Source: Octopus vulgaris
Lineage: Eukaryota
Direction of reading: 5' to 3'
Length of the DNA stretch: 64,000 nucleotides
NCBI GenBank assembly: GCA_951406725.2
Contig: OX597824.1
Coordinates: 33,232,001 to 33,296,000, forward strand
Shown here: positions 12,767 to 27,867 of the stretch, one piece after another
Layout: every line of letters begins with the position of its first letter
How positions within the stretch are numbered: position 1 is the first letter of the stretch
Position numbers and translations under genes: made by a program
The notes under the pieces: generated by a model
The model's database searches: none
What the model saw: only the letters and a program-made list of their open reading frames with translations
Told to the model about the DNA's origin: nothing

Positions 12767-14704
12767 AGAACCATTGCAATGCTGGACTAAATGCTTAGTG
12801 ACATTTTGTCTGTCTTTATATTCAGAATTCAAATTCTACCAAGGCCAGCTTTACCTTTCATCCTTTTGAGGTAGATAGAATAAGTATCAGATGGACACAG
12901 GGGTCAATGTAATCAGCTCACCACCTCCTCTGAAATTGCTGGCCTTGTGCCAAAATTTGAAACCATTATTAATACGTAAACTTGATTTTAAGAAATACCA
13001 ACCTATTCATTTAATGTTTAACTGTTTCCTGTAACGCAGTTTGAAAAGTGAGGATATAAAGTTGAGATAAAATTTTTAAAAAACGTAATTTTACTGATGT
13101 TGATGAATATTTGATTCCAAAAAGTGAACATTATCAAATTATATTCCTTCATTAGATGTGTTATTATGGCATTTAGTAATCTTAGATTGTAAATGGAAAC
13201 ATAGATTGCCTCATTTAATTTAAAGTTGTCTTTTAATTCCCTTGAGATATTTCATAAAGATCTTAAGATACAAAAGTCCATTATATTATAGTGTAAGGGA
13301 ATGGAATCTGAAGACACAATTATTCATTCTACTTGACTGAAATCAAAAACTGGGAATATCAGATAAAGAACAAAGACCCAAAGTATTATGTTCTTCACTT
13401 TTCATGGAAACTGAACATCTCATTTCTACTCTAGGCACAAGGTCTGAAATTTTTGGAGAGGGAGACAGTAGTTTAGATCAACCCCAATACACAACTGGTC
13501 CTTAATTTATTGACATTGAAGGGATGAAAGGCAAAACCAACCTCAGCATAATTTGAACTTAAAACATAAAGACAGACGAAATACTGCTAAGCATTTGCCC
13601 AGCATGCTAACGTTTCTGCCAGCTTGCCGCCTTTAATATATAACTGTTTAAAAGATTATCTTTTCTACTCTAGGCACAAGGCCTGAAATTTTTGAGGAGT
13701 GAGGGCCAGTCGATTTGATCGACCCCAGTATACAACTGGTACTTAATTTATCGACCCTGAAAGGATGAAAGGCAAAAGTGACCTTAGCAGAATTTGAACT
13801 CAGAGTGTAAAGACAGACGAAATACTGCTGAGCATTTCACCCGGAGTGATAAAGTTTCTGCTAGCTTGCCGCATTTGAAACTGAGCATATCAAACACTTC
13901 TATGAACTTTCATAGCATTATAGTTCTTTACAAAGTTTTCAGGAGTCAGAAACAGCAAGTATTTTCCTTATAAATGCCAAAAGCACATGGCAAAGTTTCT
14001 TTGTTAAAATGTCAAGTAATTTTGTAAGGTTTTTGCTAGTTTAGCTACCACATAAGTTTTCACTTGTCAACAGAGAAACAGTTTGTTTTAGGACTTCTAC
14101 AGGTCAAATGATGCAAGTTTAGTTTATCCAAGGCATTAAGTTAGTCTAATCTATGTTTGCAGTCTAGTCATAATTTTTATTTCTTGCCATTTAATAAATT
14201 AAGCAACTCTGTATCTGGCAAGAGTCTTTCTGTGGTTAATTAACTACTAAAAATTGTAACCAAATGTCTTTCAAGTCACACACTATACTTTAAAATAAGG
14301 ACATTTTGGTTACTGCAACCCTTGACACATTAAGTCTGAAGAAACATAAACTGGAGTGTCATGGTTGGCACACTTTTGTTGAGAACTAAGGATGACCTGG
14401 AGTTAAACAACAGCTATTATTCTTGCTTTAGAAGTTTAACTCAAGGAAGATGTGCTTCTTGTCCAGCTATTTCAAAATATGATTAACATTATACTTAAAT
14501 AATGCATTTTATAGATTAACATTAACACTTTTTATCATATACTAGCAGTATTGCCCGGCGTTGCTCTTGTTTGTTTCGACTCTTTAGAATTGGAATTTTT
14601 GAAAAGTAAAAATGTTGCATTATGTAGCTTGTTATTCTCTTTAAGTGAACATTTTTCTGGTTGAAATACACCAAAAAATATCAAAAAATACATTTTCATT
14701 GCTA

Positions 14705-14932
14705 TTAACCCTTTTGTTACCAATCCGGCCAAAACTGGCTCTGACTCTGTGGTAAAATGTCTTGTTTTCGTAAGTTTTAAATTAGAATATCCCACCAAGC
14801 CTTAGTCACAATTTATGTTCCTAACACTAGCTTAATGATAACTAAATTATTTTACTAAATTCTTTGTTATATTTAAAATAATTGAAAGAAATACAGAACA
14901 TCTCAAAATAAATACAGTAACGAAAGGGTTAA
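14705..14932. mobile_element. piggyBac-type MITE
   Basis: TTAA-CCCTTTTGTTAC ... GTAACGAAAGGG-TTAA. Confidence 0.8.
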
Positions 14933-15316
14933 CGTATATACTTCAAAATGGTACGGTTGCCAAATATGACTGATCGGAATTAAACCATACACAGCAAATA
15001 TTTCTTCTTTCTGTTTATAGTTCTTCAATTCCAACAACTGAAATGTTGTTTTATTGAGGGGCCTCTGCAATATTGTGCCAAAAACTTATAATTCAAACTG
15101 GAATTTCATCTCCGTTGTAAGTCTCTTTTACTTTAATATTCCAATGATTTGTCCCTGATTTGTGACTGTTGGGAAGTTGCTGCCCTAAACGGTGTTATGT
15201 AATTTATTGAAAGGTGATCAATAATAGGATTTGATTATTTCAGATTATCAATACCTAATAGTGAAAAAGTAAAAAAAAAAAAAAAAAAACAGAAAAAAAA
15301 AGGGAAAGAATCTCAC

Positions 15317-15401
15317 CAATTATAGATGTAAATAATTCTGGAGCGGAACTTCCAGCAGCCATAAACGTGGCACCAGCAACATCTTCTCCAAATCCAAGAG
15401 T
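15317..15401 (-). CDS. SLC24A: SLC24/NCKX exon (85 nt, phase 0->1), alpha-1 repeat first half
   Basis: tattttcag|ACT...ATTG|gtgag; [28 protein letters not shown](G), the canonical [16 protein letters not shown] motif. Confidence 0.97.
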
Positions 15402-15775
15402 CTGAAAATAATATTACAGTAATAATACATAATACTGAAATCAACAATATAAAAGTAATTTTACATTTAGAAAAGAAAACAATACAATCTTCAAATACTG
15501 AGGAAGTATGACAGTATGACAGTATGACAGTATGACTGTATGACAATACAAATTAGAGAATATTTGCATGTTCTGATGTAACACGTTTCTTTAGTGAAAT
15601 CAGTCTATATTTTACCACGAGTAAGTCTTTCAAGAGGTGCTATGAAACTGAGATTTTCTAGATTGTGAGATTGAAAATTGTGAGACTTTTTCATAGTTTT
15701 CTGGTTTTGTTGTACATTTTCTTAGAGAAGTTTCATTGACTTGTTACCTTATATCACATCTTTAATGGCACTCAC

Positions 15776-15824
<49 letters not shown>

Positions 15825-15884
15825 AAACACACACAAAAGTTTCATTGACTTGTTACCTTACATCACATCTTTAATGGCACTCAC

Positions 15885-15961
<77 letters not shown>

Positions 15962-16176
15962 CACACAACACAAACACACAACTCATATGCACACACACAA
16001 AAACACTCACACACACTCACACACACACACAGACACTCACACACACTCACACACAGACACACTCACACACACACACACACAAACACACAACACAAATACA
16101 CACACACACAAATGCTCACAACAAACACACGCACAGAAACACACGACTCATACACACACACACACACACACAAACA

Positions 16177-16241
<65 letters not shown>

Positions 16242-16854
16242 CTCCAGTTCTCTGAAGCCACTAGATTTGCTATATACATATACAAAGAATTTACTTGTTT
16301 CTCTGGGATTGATCAATTGAGGAAGACACCTTTGATGATACCCAATAAGGGTCAAAAATCAATTAAAGATATTAGTCATTTTTTTCTCAATCTACAGAGA
16401 AATAAGTAAATTTGACATGTTTGTATGTCTGCTTTGCACAGGGTGGACACTAGAAAAGTGAAAAATTTGAAGGCAGAACTAATATAAATTGGCATTTCAT
16501 GAATTTTCTCCTTTCCTAGTGATCACTCTGTATGTCCACATATATATACATATGTTTCTCACTTTTTTTTTTTGCAGACAACCTGGAGCTGTATAGGCAG
16601 ATATCAATCACACCAAAATTCAATTGACTCAAATCACCCAATTTTTCACAGATACTTGAATGACATTTAATGACCCCCAGATGTGTATATTTTGTTCTTC
16701 CACAAACATCTAAACATGAACATCTTTAAATTTACTCCTGAGAAGAACTATAAGTATCTTTGACAGGATGAAACTGTCAAATGTAATGGATCCATCAACA
16801 AGAAGTAAGCAAGAAATGAGTAACTGAAGAGATTAAAGTAGACAAAAATAAAAG

Positions 16855-17090
16855 GACTTAGCTAGCTTGTCACATTTGGAACTGAAGGCCAAAAATACCC
16901 CATACAACATTAAATGGAGCATCACAGAATGAGCTACACTATACATTAACAAATCAAGGAGGTGCAGGCTTTGTATAGCTGAAAGAACTCATATCCTTTT
17001 TAAATCCAAGAACTCCACCAACCTACTGAACTCAAAATTGGAAATTTTCACAAGATGTAAGCATCTTGACAATTTTCTGCTATCAAACTG
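16855..17090 (+). mobile_element. Penelope-like element GIY-YIG endonuclease C-terminal relic
   Basis: HIW.LKAKNTPYNIKWSI...RCRLCIAER..I....LLNSKLEIFTRCKH. Confidence 0.75.
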
Positions 17091-17179
17091 GAAAACACTA
17101 CTCTTAAAAACTGTAGCCTTTCCCCATTGCATTAAGCCCACCAACCATTGTTTATTTACACACATGCACACACACACAC

Positions 17180-17450
17180 AATACTTTTTTGCAGACTATG
17201 TTCTTCGTGTAAGTTCTCCCTCTTCTTTTCCCTTGTTTGTCAGTGTTGATAACTTTAACTCTCACATCAGATAATTTGCAAGCCCTTGAGAATGCAACAT
17301 ACCGCTGACCGTGGCCGAATATGGGTTCAGGCAAGAACAGCTCCACTTTATCAAATGTCTGCCCTCGTGATTTATTGATAGTAATTGCTTATGACAGGCA
17401 AATGGGAAACTGATTTCATTCTAAAGTGAATGGCAAGTTTGGGTTGCACA
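17180..17450 (-). mobile_element. Helitron PIF1-type helicase C-terminal relic
   Basis: QFPI.L..AITINKSRGQTFDKVELFLPEPIFGHGQRYVAFSRA...TKNIV..KVL. Confidence 0.85.
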
Positions 17451-18754
17451 TGTATTAAGTGACAGGTGATATAAAAAAGCTTAGTTCAATTAAAAAAAAA
17501 TATTTTTTACTATGCAGTCACCATCTCTACCACTACCACCACCTCTCTCTCTCTCTCTCTACCTTTCTTTAATCTCACCATCAGAACATCACTCCTCTGC
17601 TAAAATTATATTCCTAACTCTCCTCTATATCACTACCTTCAACTAACATTTTTAACCACGTAATAAATATTGCGTTCCCCCTACCACATGTCATGGACAC
17701 TTCTCTCTCTGTCTTTTCTCGCTCCCGCTTTTTCCTTCTCTCTCTTTCTGCCTCACTCTTCACCTTATCCTCTTTTTCTCTCTCCCTTTTCTTTCTCTTG
17801 TTCTCTCTTTCCCTCAACTAATCACATAAAAGCATTACAATTAAATTCCCTTTACCTCACATCATGGACACTTCTTTTACCCTTTTTTCTCTTTCCCTCT
17901 TTATGAAAGTGAAACGAATAAAAGAATAAAGTAAATGTATCACATTAATCTATCACTCAACAGTCATATCCTTCACCCAACAAAATCATCGCAATTTAAC
18001 ATCCCATTTTCCATGCTGGCATAGGTTTGTTGGCTCAAAGTGAACTGACGAGCCAGAGGTCTGTGTCAACATCCAATGTCTGCTTTGGCATGGTTTCGTC
18101 ATCTGAATATCCTTCCTAATGCCAACTACTTTACAGAGTGTATTGGATGCTTTTTATCTGGCATAGCTCTAGTTTGCTTGTTTGTTCCTTTTCGAGCCAT
18201 GCCTGGCTCATAAGGGCCGGTTTCCCGGTTTCCTTGGCATATAGGTTCCCCACCTGGACAGGACGCCAGTCCGTCACAGGTGAGCTGCAAGATGCAGAAG
18301 GAAAGAGTGAGAGAAAGTTGTGGCGAAAGAGTCAGCAGAAGTTCACCATTCCTTTCTGCTGGAGCCGCGTGGAGTTTAGGTGTTTCGCTCATAAACACAC
18401 ACATCGCCCGGTCTGAGATTCGAACCCACGATCCCTCGACCGCAAGTCCGCTGCTCTAACCACTAGGCCATGTGCCTCCACATAGCTCTAGTGAGGTCAC
18501 CAATTCACTTGCAGACAAGACCCCCCTCAACTGATAAAGAAGTGGCTTTATGCCAGGTGATAAGAGGTTAAAGTATGACAGGGGGACAAAAACAGGTGTT
18601 TTGCTATAGGTGAGATGCATGGTTACCCCAGTTGGAAAAGAGATGAGATGATGGTGAAGGTGTGTTGGAGGTACCTTAAAGTTACAAGATGAAAACCACA
18701 TCATTGGTAACTTATAAGCCAAGGTGATGGGTCAGAGCCAATACACATTTCAAT

Positions 18755-18931
18755 CCAATACTTCTTTGCAGACTATGTTCTTCACGTAAGTTCTTCCTCT
18801 TCTTTTCCTTTGTTTGTCAGTGTTGATAACATCTCTCACATCAGATAACTCGCAAGTTCTTAACACTGCAACATACAGCTGAGCATGGCCGAATATGTGT
18901 TCAGGCAAGAACAGCCCCACTTTAACAAATG
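18755..18931 (-). mobile_element. Second, shorter Helitron helicase relic
   Basis: Diverged direct copy of 17180-17355 (VGLFLPEHIFGHAQLYVAVLR...TKNIV). Confidence 0.75.
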
Positions 18932-19934
18932 AAAATTATTTACCAATTTATCTTTTTAGCTAAGCTTGGGAATCTCAACTTCTCCACACTTTAAAATTCA
19001 ATTAAAGAATTAAATTTATTTTTAAAAAATCAATTAAATTTATATTTTCAGTTAACAGAGGTAGTAACACTTCTCCAAAATTTAGGTATTAAAAAAGAAT
19101 TTTTTAATGAAAACAACCAATTCTTTCTCTATTAGGTTTAACTGCAATTTCATGACAATTTGAAGAGAATTAGTAACCAATGCTAAATGGGTGAATAAAA
19201 TTTAATGTACAAACTAATCCAAAGGAGACTTAGTTCTTTTTGTTGAGATAAGAGTACTAATAAAAAGCTATTTACATATAAAACAGAGAATTAAGTGTGA
19301 GTCATGCGGAGGAAAACACAGTTCCATTATTGGTTGACAAAAGAATTTGATGAGAGTAGTAACACATTAAAAATGATGAGTTAATCAATAAAAAGACCTA
19401 AATCTATATGATAAATCAATAAATAGCTAACTTTATGAACACTGCTACAGTATACGTGATATTTAAATTTTACTTTTATGTTTAAATGTATAATAATTAA
19501 CTAATTTTTGTCTTGATTAACGGTGCAACTACCTTTGGCATGACACCAACATTTATTTTTAATAGACTTCTTAATTAGTAATTAGCAGTAGGTGATGTTT
19601 GAGAAACCAACACGAGGAAAAAGTTGCATGAATAATGTTGTGATATATTAATGATGTTATTGATTAACATTAATATTAATATTAAAAATATTGATTTCTT
19701 TTCATAAGGCACGAAGCCAATTTTGAAGGTGAACTGCTAATATTCAATTAAATCAACTACGATATGTTAGTGCAGTTATTTTATCAACTTACAATCATGT
19801 AAGAGGCAAAGGCAAGCTCAATGAATTAAAACTTAAAACATAAAAAGACTTTTATTATTTCATGTTTGTATAAAATCTTAGCGTATTTTTATGCTTTTTA
19901 AACTCAATCTTGTATTATTTCTCGTATCAATTAA

Positions 19935-20224
19935 GCATCATCATCATCATCATCATCTCCACCATAACCACCATCTCCACTACTACTACCATTATCATCT
20001 CTACCATCACCATCACCACTACCACCATCTCCACCACCATCATCATCTCCATCACCACCATCTCCACTACTACTACCATTATCATCTCTACCATCACCAT
20101 CACCATCACCACTACCACCATCTCCACCATCATCATCGTCTCCATCACCACCATAACCATTATTGCCACTGCTGCTACAACTACCACCATCACCACCAAC
20201 ACCACCACCACCACCACCACCACC

Positions 20225-20261
<37 letters not shown>

Positions 20262-20310
20262 CCACCACCACCACCACCACCACTACCATCACCATCACCA
20301 TCATCATTAC
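19935..20310. repeat. Compound (CAT/CAC/CAA)n low-complexity tract
   Basis: Trinucleotide mosaic with an internal duplication. Confidence 0.95.
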
Positions 20311-22879
20311 TGTCATTTAACGGCCATTTTCCATGCTGACGTGGGTTAGACATTTCAGCAGGCACTAGTGAGCCAGAGGACTGCACCAGACACCCATGTT
20401 TGCTTCAATATGGCTTCTATGGCCGGATGTATTTCCTAACACCAACTGCTTTATAGATTGTAGGTAATTTAATAAAGAGTCAACCAGCAAGTGACCCATG
20501 GTTAGAACTTTTGCCAAAATCACAGAAAGAGGATTCCAGGATGTCTTCATGTCACTTTGGTGTCCCTGGTGACACCAATCCAAAATATAGCATCAAGACA
20601 TTTTCATCCCCTCCATGTCGTCTCCAAGCCCTTTGATATTCCATCCTCATTTCTGGTTTTGAAAGAACAAAAAAGACAAAACTAGATCTTAATTTTACTG
20701 TAACAGTTTCTGTAAACATACTGCATTAGTGATATTTTCTCTAATTTGGGGACCACACCAGCAGTGGAGGCACAATGGCCCAGTGGTTAGAGCAGTGGAC
20801 TCGCAGTCGGAGGATTGCGGTTTCGATTCCCAGACTGGGCATTGTGCGTGTTTATTGAGCAAAAACACCTAAAGCTCCACGAGGCTCTGGCACAGGGTGG
20901 TGGCAACCCCTGTTGTACTCTTTTGCTCAAACTTTCTCTCACTCTTGTTCCCGACTTCCTATGCAACCGCTGAGCCTGGATGCGCATTCATCCATCCGTT
21001 GATGCTCTCGGTGTCGAGGGGTTGACCTGCTTTCTCTTCTGCAGGTCTTATGAATAGCAAAGGACCACATTTCGGACTTCTCCCAAAAGACGAAAACCGC
21101 TTCGCTCAACAAACAAACAAATAAACAAACCACACCAGCAATTTTTAAAGGTGAGGGGAAGTCAATTACACCGATTCCATTGCTTATTTTTCATTTATTA
21201 TATCAACTCCAAAAGAATGAATAGCAAAGTCAACTTAGCAGCATGTCACTAAATGTCACTAAACATATTGTCTTGTGCAGAAACGATTCTTTCTGTCACT
21301 GTTCAATGACCTGGTAATATTTATTTGTATTTAACAAGGCACTAAACTCAGGGAGGTGTAAATTCCACATAGATTTCAAGAGAATTAGCCTCATAAGAAG
21401 GTGAAGTGGATTTACTGATGGATTTACCTTATATTGTCACATCTTCATTATCTTTTTCTACAACTATATCAACCACTGTAGGTAAGACATAAACGTAAAC
21501 TAACAACGCACTCATATTACATACACACTCACACACACACACACAATCTGTGAAATACTCAAAGATGGATTCATAACAAATTATTCAAATACAACAAAAC
21601 AAATAAGAACACACATGGAGTCATAAATACTGGTTATTTGTCATGCAATTTTAAGTTTAAATTGCACTAGATGAATGCGTGTGCACACGCAAACACACAC
21701 CTATACACTTTTATTCTTTTACATGTTTCAGTCATTCGACTGCGGCCATGCTGGAGCACCGCCTTTAGTCGAGCAAATCAACTCCAGGACATATTCTTTG
21801 GAAGCCTAGTACTTATTCTATCGCTCTCTTTTGCCTAACTGCTAAGTTATGGGGATGTAAACACACCTGAATCGGTTGTCAAGTGATGTTGGCGGGGACA
21901 AAAACAGACACACAAAGATATACTGACAAACATATATATATGTACATATATACGACGGGCTTCTTTCAGTTTCCGTCTACCAAATCCACTCACAAGGCTT
22001 TGGTCGGCCTGAGGCTATAGTAGAAGATACTTGCCCAAGGTGCCACGCAGTGGGACTGAACCCAGAACCATGTTGTTGGTAACAAACTACTTACCACACA
22101 GCCACTCCTGCGCACACATATATATGTATGTATATATATATATGTATGTGTATATATATATATATAATAGGGACTTGGAAATTTTTTTAGTATTATTTAC
22201 CATTATACATGTTTTATTTGCTTTTCCAATGTCCAGTTTTGTTATATAACTCTGCAAACAATACTTTCAGAATGTTCAACTCTAACATGCACCTCACATC
22301 AATACAACAATGACAACAACTGCATATCATCATCATCATCATCATTTAATGTCCATTTTCTATGCTGGCATGGGTTGGATGGTTTGACTGAGAGCTGGTA
22401 AGCTGGGAAACTGCACTGGGTTTCAGTCTGATTTGGCATGATTTCTACAGCTGGATGCCCTTCCTGACACCAACCACTCCAAGCGTGTAGTGGGTGCTTT
22501 TTACATGCCATTGGCATGGGTGCCAGTTATGAAACATCAACATTGGCCACGACCATGATCTCACTTGGCTTGACAGGTCTTCTCAAGCACAGTATATTGC
22601 CAAAGGTCTCGATCACCTGTCACTGCTTCCATGAGGCCCAAAGTTTGAAGGGTGGCTTTTACAGGCCACTGGCACTGGTACTAGGTATACAACACTGGCA
22701 TCAGCCATAACTATGATTTCACTTGGCTTGACAAGACTTCTCAAGCACAGCATATCACCCAACGTTCAAAGGGTGCTTTTTATGTGCCAGTTATGCAACA
22801 CTGGCATTGGCTACGACTGATTTCATTTGGCTTCACTTGGTCTTCTCAAACATGGCATATCATCAAAGTTCTTGGTCAT

Positions 22880-23295
22880 TTGTCATTGCCTCCATGAGGT
22901 CCAACGTTTGAAGGTTATGCTTCATCAACTCATCCTATATCTTCCTGGGTCTACCTCTTCTGCAGGTTCCCTCCAGAGTTAGAGATCAGTACTTCTTCAC
23001 ACTGCTGTTCTCATCCATATGCTTTGCATGACCATAGCAGCACAGTCATCTCTCTTGTGCACCACATCTGATGCCTCTTATGCCCAACTTTTCTCTCAAG
23101 ATGCTTACACTCTGTCATACATGTACACTGACATTGTACATTCAGGGAAGCATACTAGCTTCATTTCTTTCAAGCCTTTGCATGTCCTCAGCAGTCACAG
23201 CTCATGTTTCACTGCTGTGCAGCATGGCTGTTTGCACGCAGGCATTGTACAATCTGCCTTTCATCTGAGGGAGAGATCCTTTGTTACCATACTGG
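22880..23295 (-). mobile_element. Second 3' fragment of the same RTE-clade LINE
   Basis: KGRLYNACVQTAMLHSSET; nucleotide similarity to 3520-3930. Confidence 0.8.
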
Positions 23296-23342
23296 ATTGT
23301 AATACTGGAACTTGCAGATGATTTTACCATACCTACATTACA

Positions 23343-23405
<63 letters not shown>

Positions 23406-24069
23406 CTTCTCTGCCTACAATTCCTTTAGGCACCTCCTTCATAGAGTCCTATCAGAAGCAACCGTCATTAAACTTTTCTGCTGGATTCCCAAATGCAAGC
23501 AACTGACTCTATGGATATCATCCAACCCTCTCATTCTTGGCCTACCCCTAGGTCTCCTGCTGGTTGGCTTGGCTTGGCTTGAAGAATCCGTCTTGTAATT
23601 CTTTCCTGTCACATTCCAATCACATGTCTGTAGTAATGCAAAATGTGACCTCTCAATGCAGGAAAGTGGCTCCAACACTCACAACAGATTCGTTTTGACC
23701 ATGAAATTTGAAAACAATCTAATCAGCATGGCCCCAGTCTAATGACTCAAACAAGTAAAAGATAAACGATAAAGGAAAGCCAGACAATTGCTTATCAAGT
23801 TAAGCAACTTATTGTATGAAGACAGAATTAAGGTTTTTAATTTTTCCTCACTGCTCCATAAATGGGAAAGCAGTGGTGTATTTTATTCTCACGTTACTGG
23901 TTAAAAATCCTCAATGCTAAGGAATGGCTCAACCCGGAGAGATTCCCTGCTCTTTGAACAACACACCCTATCAAGTAACATTACTCCAGAGATCCTTCAG
24001 AGGAACCCCATTTTGGCTGTTTGTATTTGTGATCGCATGAAGCAGTCATGGCTCGACATTCATGACCAT

Positions 24070-24745
24070 AGGTGAGAATAGGCACAAAAACTGAATTGAA
24101 GAAACAAAGTTTGGCTTTCAATATGGGTGTTGGCCTTTACAAGGGATACACATTGTTACCTCTCCTTTTCCTAATTTTTATGAAATGGATTGACATGCAC
24201 AGCCATTATGAAAATGGTATCACAATTAATAGATGTAGAAATGGTTGGCTGAAGGCAGTGAGCTGGTAGAAACGTTAGCACACCGGGCAAAATGCCTAGC
24301 GGTATTTCATCTGCCGTTATGTTGTGAGTTCAAATTCTGCCGAGGTCGACTTTGCCTTTCATCCTTTCAGGGTCGATAAAACAAGTACCAGTTACGCACT
24401 GGGGTCAATGTAATCAACTTAATACCTATGTCTGTCCTTGTTTGTTCCCTCTATGTTTAGCCCCTTGTGGGTAATAAAGAAATAGGTATTACAATTAATA
24501 AATGTAGGAATGGTTGGCTGATGCTTACAGTTGACATGGTTCTATTTGGCTCATGAGAAGGTGATTTACATATACTTAATGGGTTTTGTGCAAAATGCTG
24601 GAAGGCAAGGATGAGATTTAATTTTACAAAGACTGAGACATTGGTCCTATTAAAAAGTCATCCCAGTGCACTCTGCCTGTCAGTAGAACACCACTGAGAC
24701 AAGTGAAGATATTTAAGTATCTCAGGGCCATATTCATGAGTGATG
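24070..24745 (+). mobile_element. Old LINE RT fragment interrupted by a SINE (24254-24485)
   Basis: FNMGVGLYKGYTLLPLLFLIFM (GxxQG..LSPLLF-like); an approximately 37-bp duplication flanks the SINE. Confidence 0.65.
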
Positions 24746-25256
24746 GGAAATAGGGAGCTGAATTGGCATTTTATATCATCATCATCATTTAATGTCCATT
24801 TTCCATGCTGGCATAGGTTGGATGGTTTGACAGGAGCTGGTAGGGCCAAGGGCCCCACTAAGTTCCCTAGTCAGTTTTGTCATAGTTTCTACTGCTGGAT
24901 GCCTTTCCTAACACAAACCACTTTACAGAGTATACTGGGTGCTTTTTAGATGGCACCCAAACCAGTGCTTTTTACTTGGCTCCATCATCAGTTTGTTTTA
25001 ACATGGCATCATCACCAGTATTTTTTATGTAGCATCATCAGTGTTTTCTTATGTGGCATCATCACCAATGCTTTTTTATGTAGCACCAGTACCAGTGCTT
25101 TTTATTTGGTCACAGCACCAGAATCAATACTGGTGTAGTGGAAGGGTCTTCTTGGTGGAAGGCACTGCTCAGTGGGACTGAGCCAGCAACCACACCATTA
25201 TGGGGAGCAAGGTTCTGAACCACACAACTGCCCCCTTCTCCACAGACACACACACA

Positions 25257-25453
25257 TGTATGTATGTATGTATGTATGTATGTATGTATGTATGTATGTA
25301 TGTATGTATGTATGTATGTATGTATGTATGTATGTATGTATGTATGCATGTATGTATGTATGCATGTATGCATGTATGTATGTATGTATGTATGTATGTA
25401 TGTATGTATGTATGTATGTATGTATGTATGTATGCATGTATGTATGTATGCAT
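25257..25453. repeat. (TGTA)n microsatellite
   Basis: Direct reading. Confidence 0.97.
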
Positions 25454-26077
25454 GTGCCCTCCAGCTATCTGAGTCTATATGCATCAGTCAGGTACAAGAT
25501 TTGGTTCTTTCATACTTACTTTCTTTTTCTGTCTGTCTGTTTCTCTCTCCTTCTCTTTCTCAGAATATTTTATATTATGAATGACTAGTCACAGCATCCT
25601 CTCCTCTAGAAATAGTATGGGGTTGAATAAAGAGTCTAATAATCTCTTTCTCATCTCTTGGATTGGTAGCTGTCTATCACATCAGACCATTGCAGCTTGT
25701 GTTGACAGAGCTCTTTCTGTCCCACTCTCAAATCAACCCTGCTGTTTGCCAATACTTCGTTTTGTCCACCTTCCTTTTCTTTCTATACACCAGCGACCTA
25801 CTGGCTGCCACATCAAACAACATCCGCTCTTTATAAAACTGACAGAACACTTCATCCTGTCCAACCTTATCCAAACCATGTGACCTAACCATTTTACACC
25901 AAACCTCCATTGATTCTAATAACAGGACCTCAAGTGCATCCATCCATCAGTAGGGGCCATATCTACTTTGTCTCTTCTGATAGCAAAGAAAATATCTTAA
26001 GCCCTATCATCAAGGAAACGCTCGCATACCCAGTAAACATGAGCAGTACTCAGCTGGAACCCTCACAGTCACTCTGA

Positions 26078-26168
26078 ATTAACAACATCAATCATTAACA
26101 ACATCAATCATTTACAACATCAATCATTAACAACATCAATCATTAACAACATCAATCATTAACAACAT
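26078..26168. repeat. 16-bp tandem repeat (ttaacaacatcaatca) x5.5
   Basis: Direct reading. Confidence 0.92.
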
Positions 26169-27830
26169 TAGTCATATTAATCTGAGGGCCTGTGATGGTC
26201 ATTGGGCCCTGTCCTTTCCTTCAGACTCAGAAAATATTCAAAAGAATAAACAAAACCTTCATGCATCTCCCTTTTCCAGTTTTTACCTAATTAACAGCTA
26301 TTCTTACCTGAAAAACTGCACATCATGAAGCAGCCAGTAATGTCCCATACAAGGTGGGTCTCCCTATAGCCAGCGATGTCCCACAACATGATGGGCCTCC
26401 TTATAAGCAAGGATCTCTTGGTGAAAACACCCTTAGCATAACTAGGGCTGCATCTTGAAGACCATCCCTTCTCTTTAGGGTCAGAAGATATTTCAGCCCC
26501 TAACAGTGGTTGACACTCTACAGGCAAGATAAGCTCATCCCGTAAGGCCCAAGAGAAACCCACAACAGACTATTTCTCTTACATCTGGGATAGTGATTGA
26601 ATTCTTTTTGTTACGACATTGAGGATTCCAGCTGATTCGATCAATGAAACAGCCAGCTCATGAAATTAGCGTACAAGTGGCTGAGCACTCCTCAGACATA
26701 CATAATCTTAATGGAGTTTTCAGAAAGATTGAGCGTGATACAGAATGTGACAAGGCTGGCCCTTTGAAATACAGTTACAATTCATTTTTGCCAGCTGATT
26801 GGACTGGAGTAGTGTGAAATTAAGTGTCTTGCTCAAGGACACAACATACTGCCAGGAAATGAACTCACGACTTTATGATCCTGAGTCGAATACCCTTAAC
26901 CACTAAGCCACATGCTTTCAGTATTACTGCTACAAACACTGACATCCTGAATCGTGCCCAGAGAAGGTCCACTCAGCTGTTTGGCAAACCATCACTAACA
27001 GGCATGCTCCAGCCTGTAACCCACAGGTAAGCTATTTCCTTTCTCTGTCTTTTCTATCACTATTACAATGGTCTCTGATCTCCAGAGCTGGTTGGTCTCC
27101 AAACCCCACAACTCAAGCATTTTGCAGTTACTTCTTGTTTCTCCATATCTCATCAACCTTAGTGCATCCAACACATCTTTCCATATAGTAGCCACCATTT
27201 GCAGTTCTTTCCCCCCATAACATATTCCCCCTGTAATCTACTCCTTCTTCATCTCTCCCTCCCTCACCTCTATTGCGACGTTGCCCTGAAACAGTTCAAA
27301 CAAAACATTAACATCAATCACATGGATCTCAGAGGGCTTGCGATGATCATTGGACCCTGTCCTTTTATTCAGACTTAGCAAGTATTAAAAAAATAATTAC
27401 AAAACCTTCATGCATCTCCTCTAGTTTTTGCTTAATTGCCAGCTATTCCTGCCTGAAAAACTGCTTACTGTACAGCAGCTAGTAATGTCCCTCACAAAGA
27501 AATTAGAAGTGATCACCTTTCACCTAATCCCAGTTACCACCCTTGCCAACGAATCTAGCCTTAGCAGAGTTATCACCCCTGCACCTTTCAGCACCAACGG
27601 CTTGCAGTCATCCATTATATTACACTATTTGGCATATCCGATATTAATTACACCGTATGCCTACTTCCTTCTACACATAATGCATATGGTGCCGGGTTCA
27701 ATCCCTCCGCGTGGCACCAAAGGCAGAATATCTTCTGCTATATATATATATATAGCCCCGCTCGACCTTGTGAGGGAATTTGGTTGACGGAAACTAAAAA
27801 GAAGCCCGTCACGTGTGTGTGTGTGTATGT

Positions 27831-27867
<37 letters not shown>

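Noticed and set aside
19891-20386. His-rich / Thr-rich ORFs resembling metal-binding or mucin proteins
   Set aside because: Trinucleotide low-complexity tract that is open in several frames on both strands, with no splice or domain support
20764-20840. tRNA gene-like sequences at SINE heads
   Set aside because: A/B boxes run into SINE bodies and lack complete cloverleaf acceptor stems; these are SINE heads, not tRNA genes
26078-26168. Regularly spaced short repeats as a CRISPR-like array
   Set aside because: Contiguous tandem units without unique spacers, in a eukaryotic context
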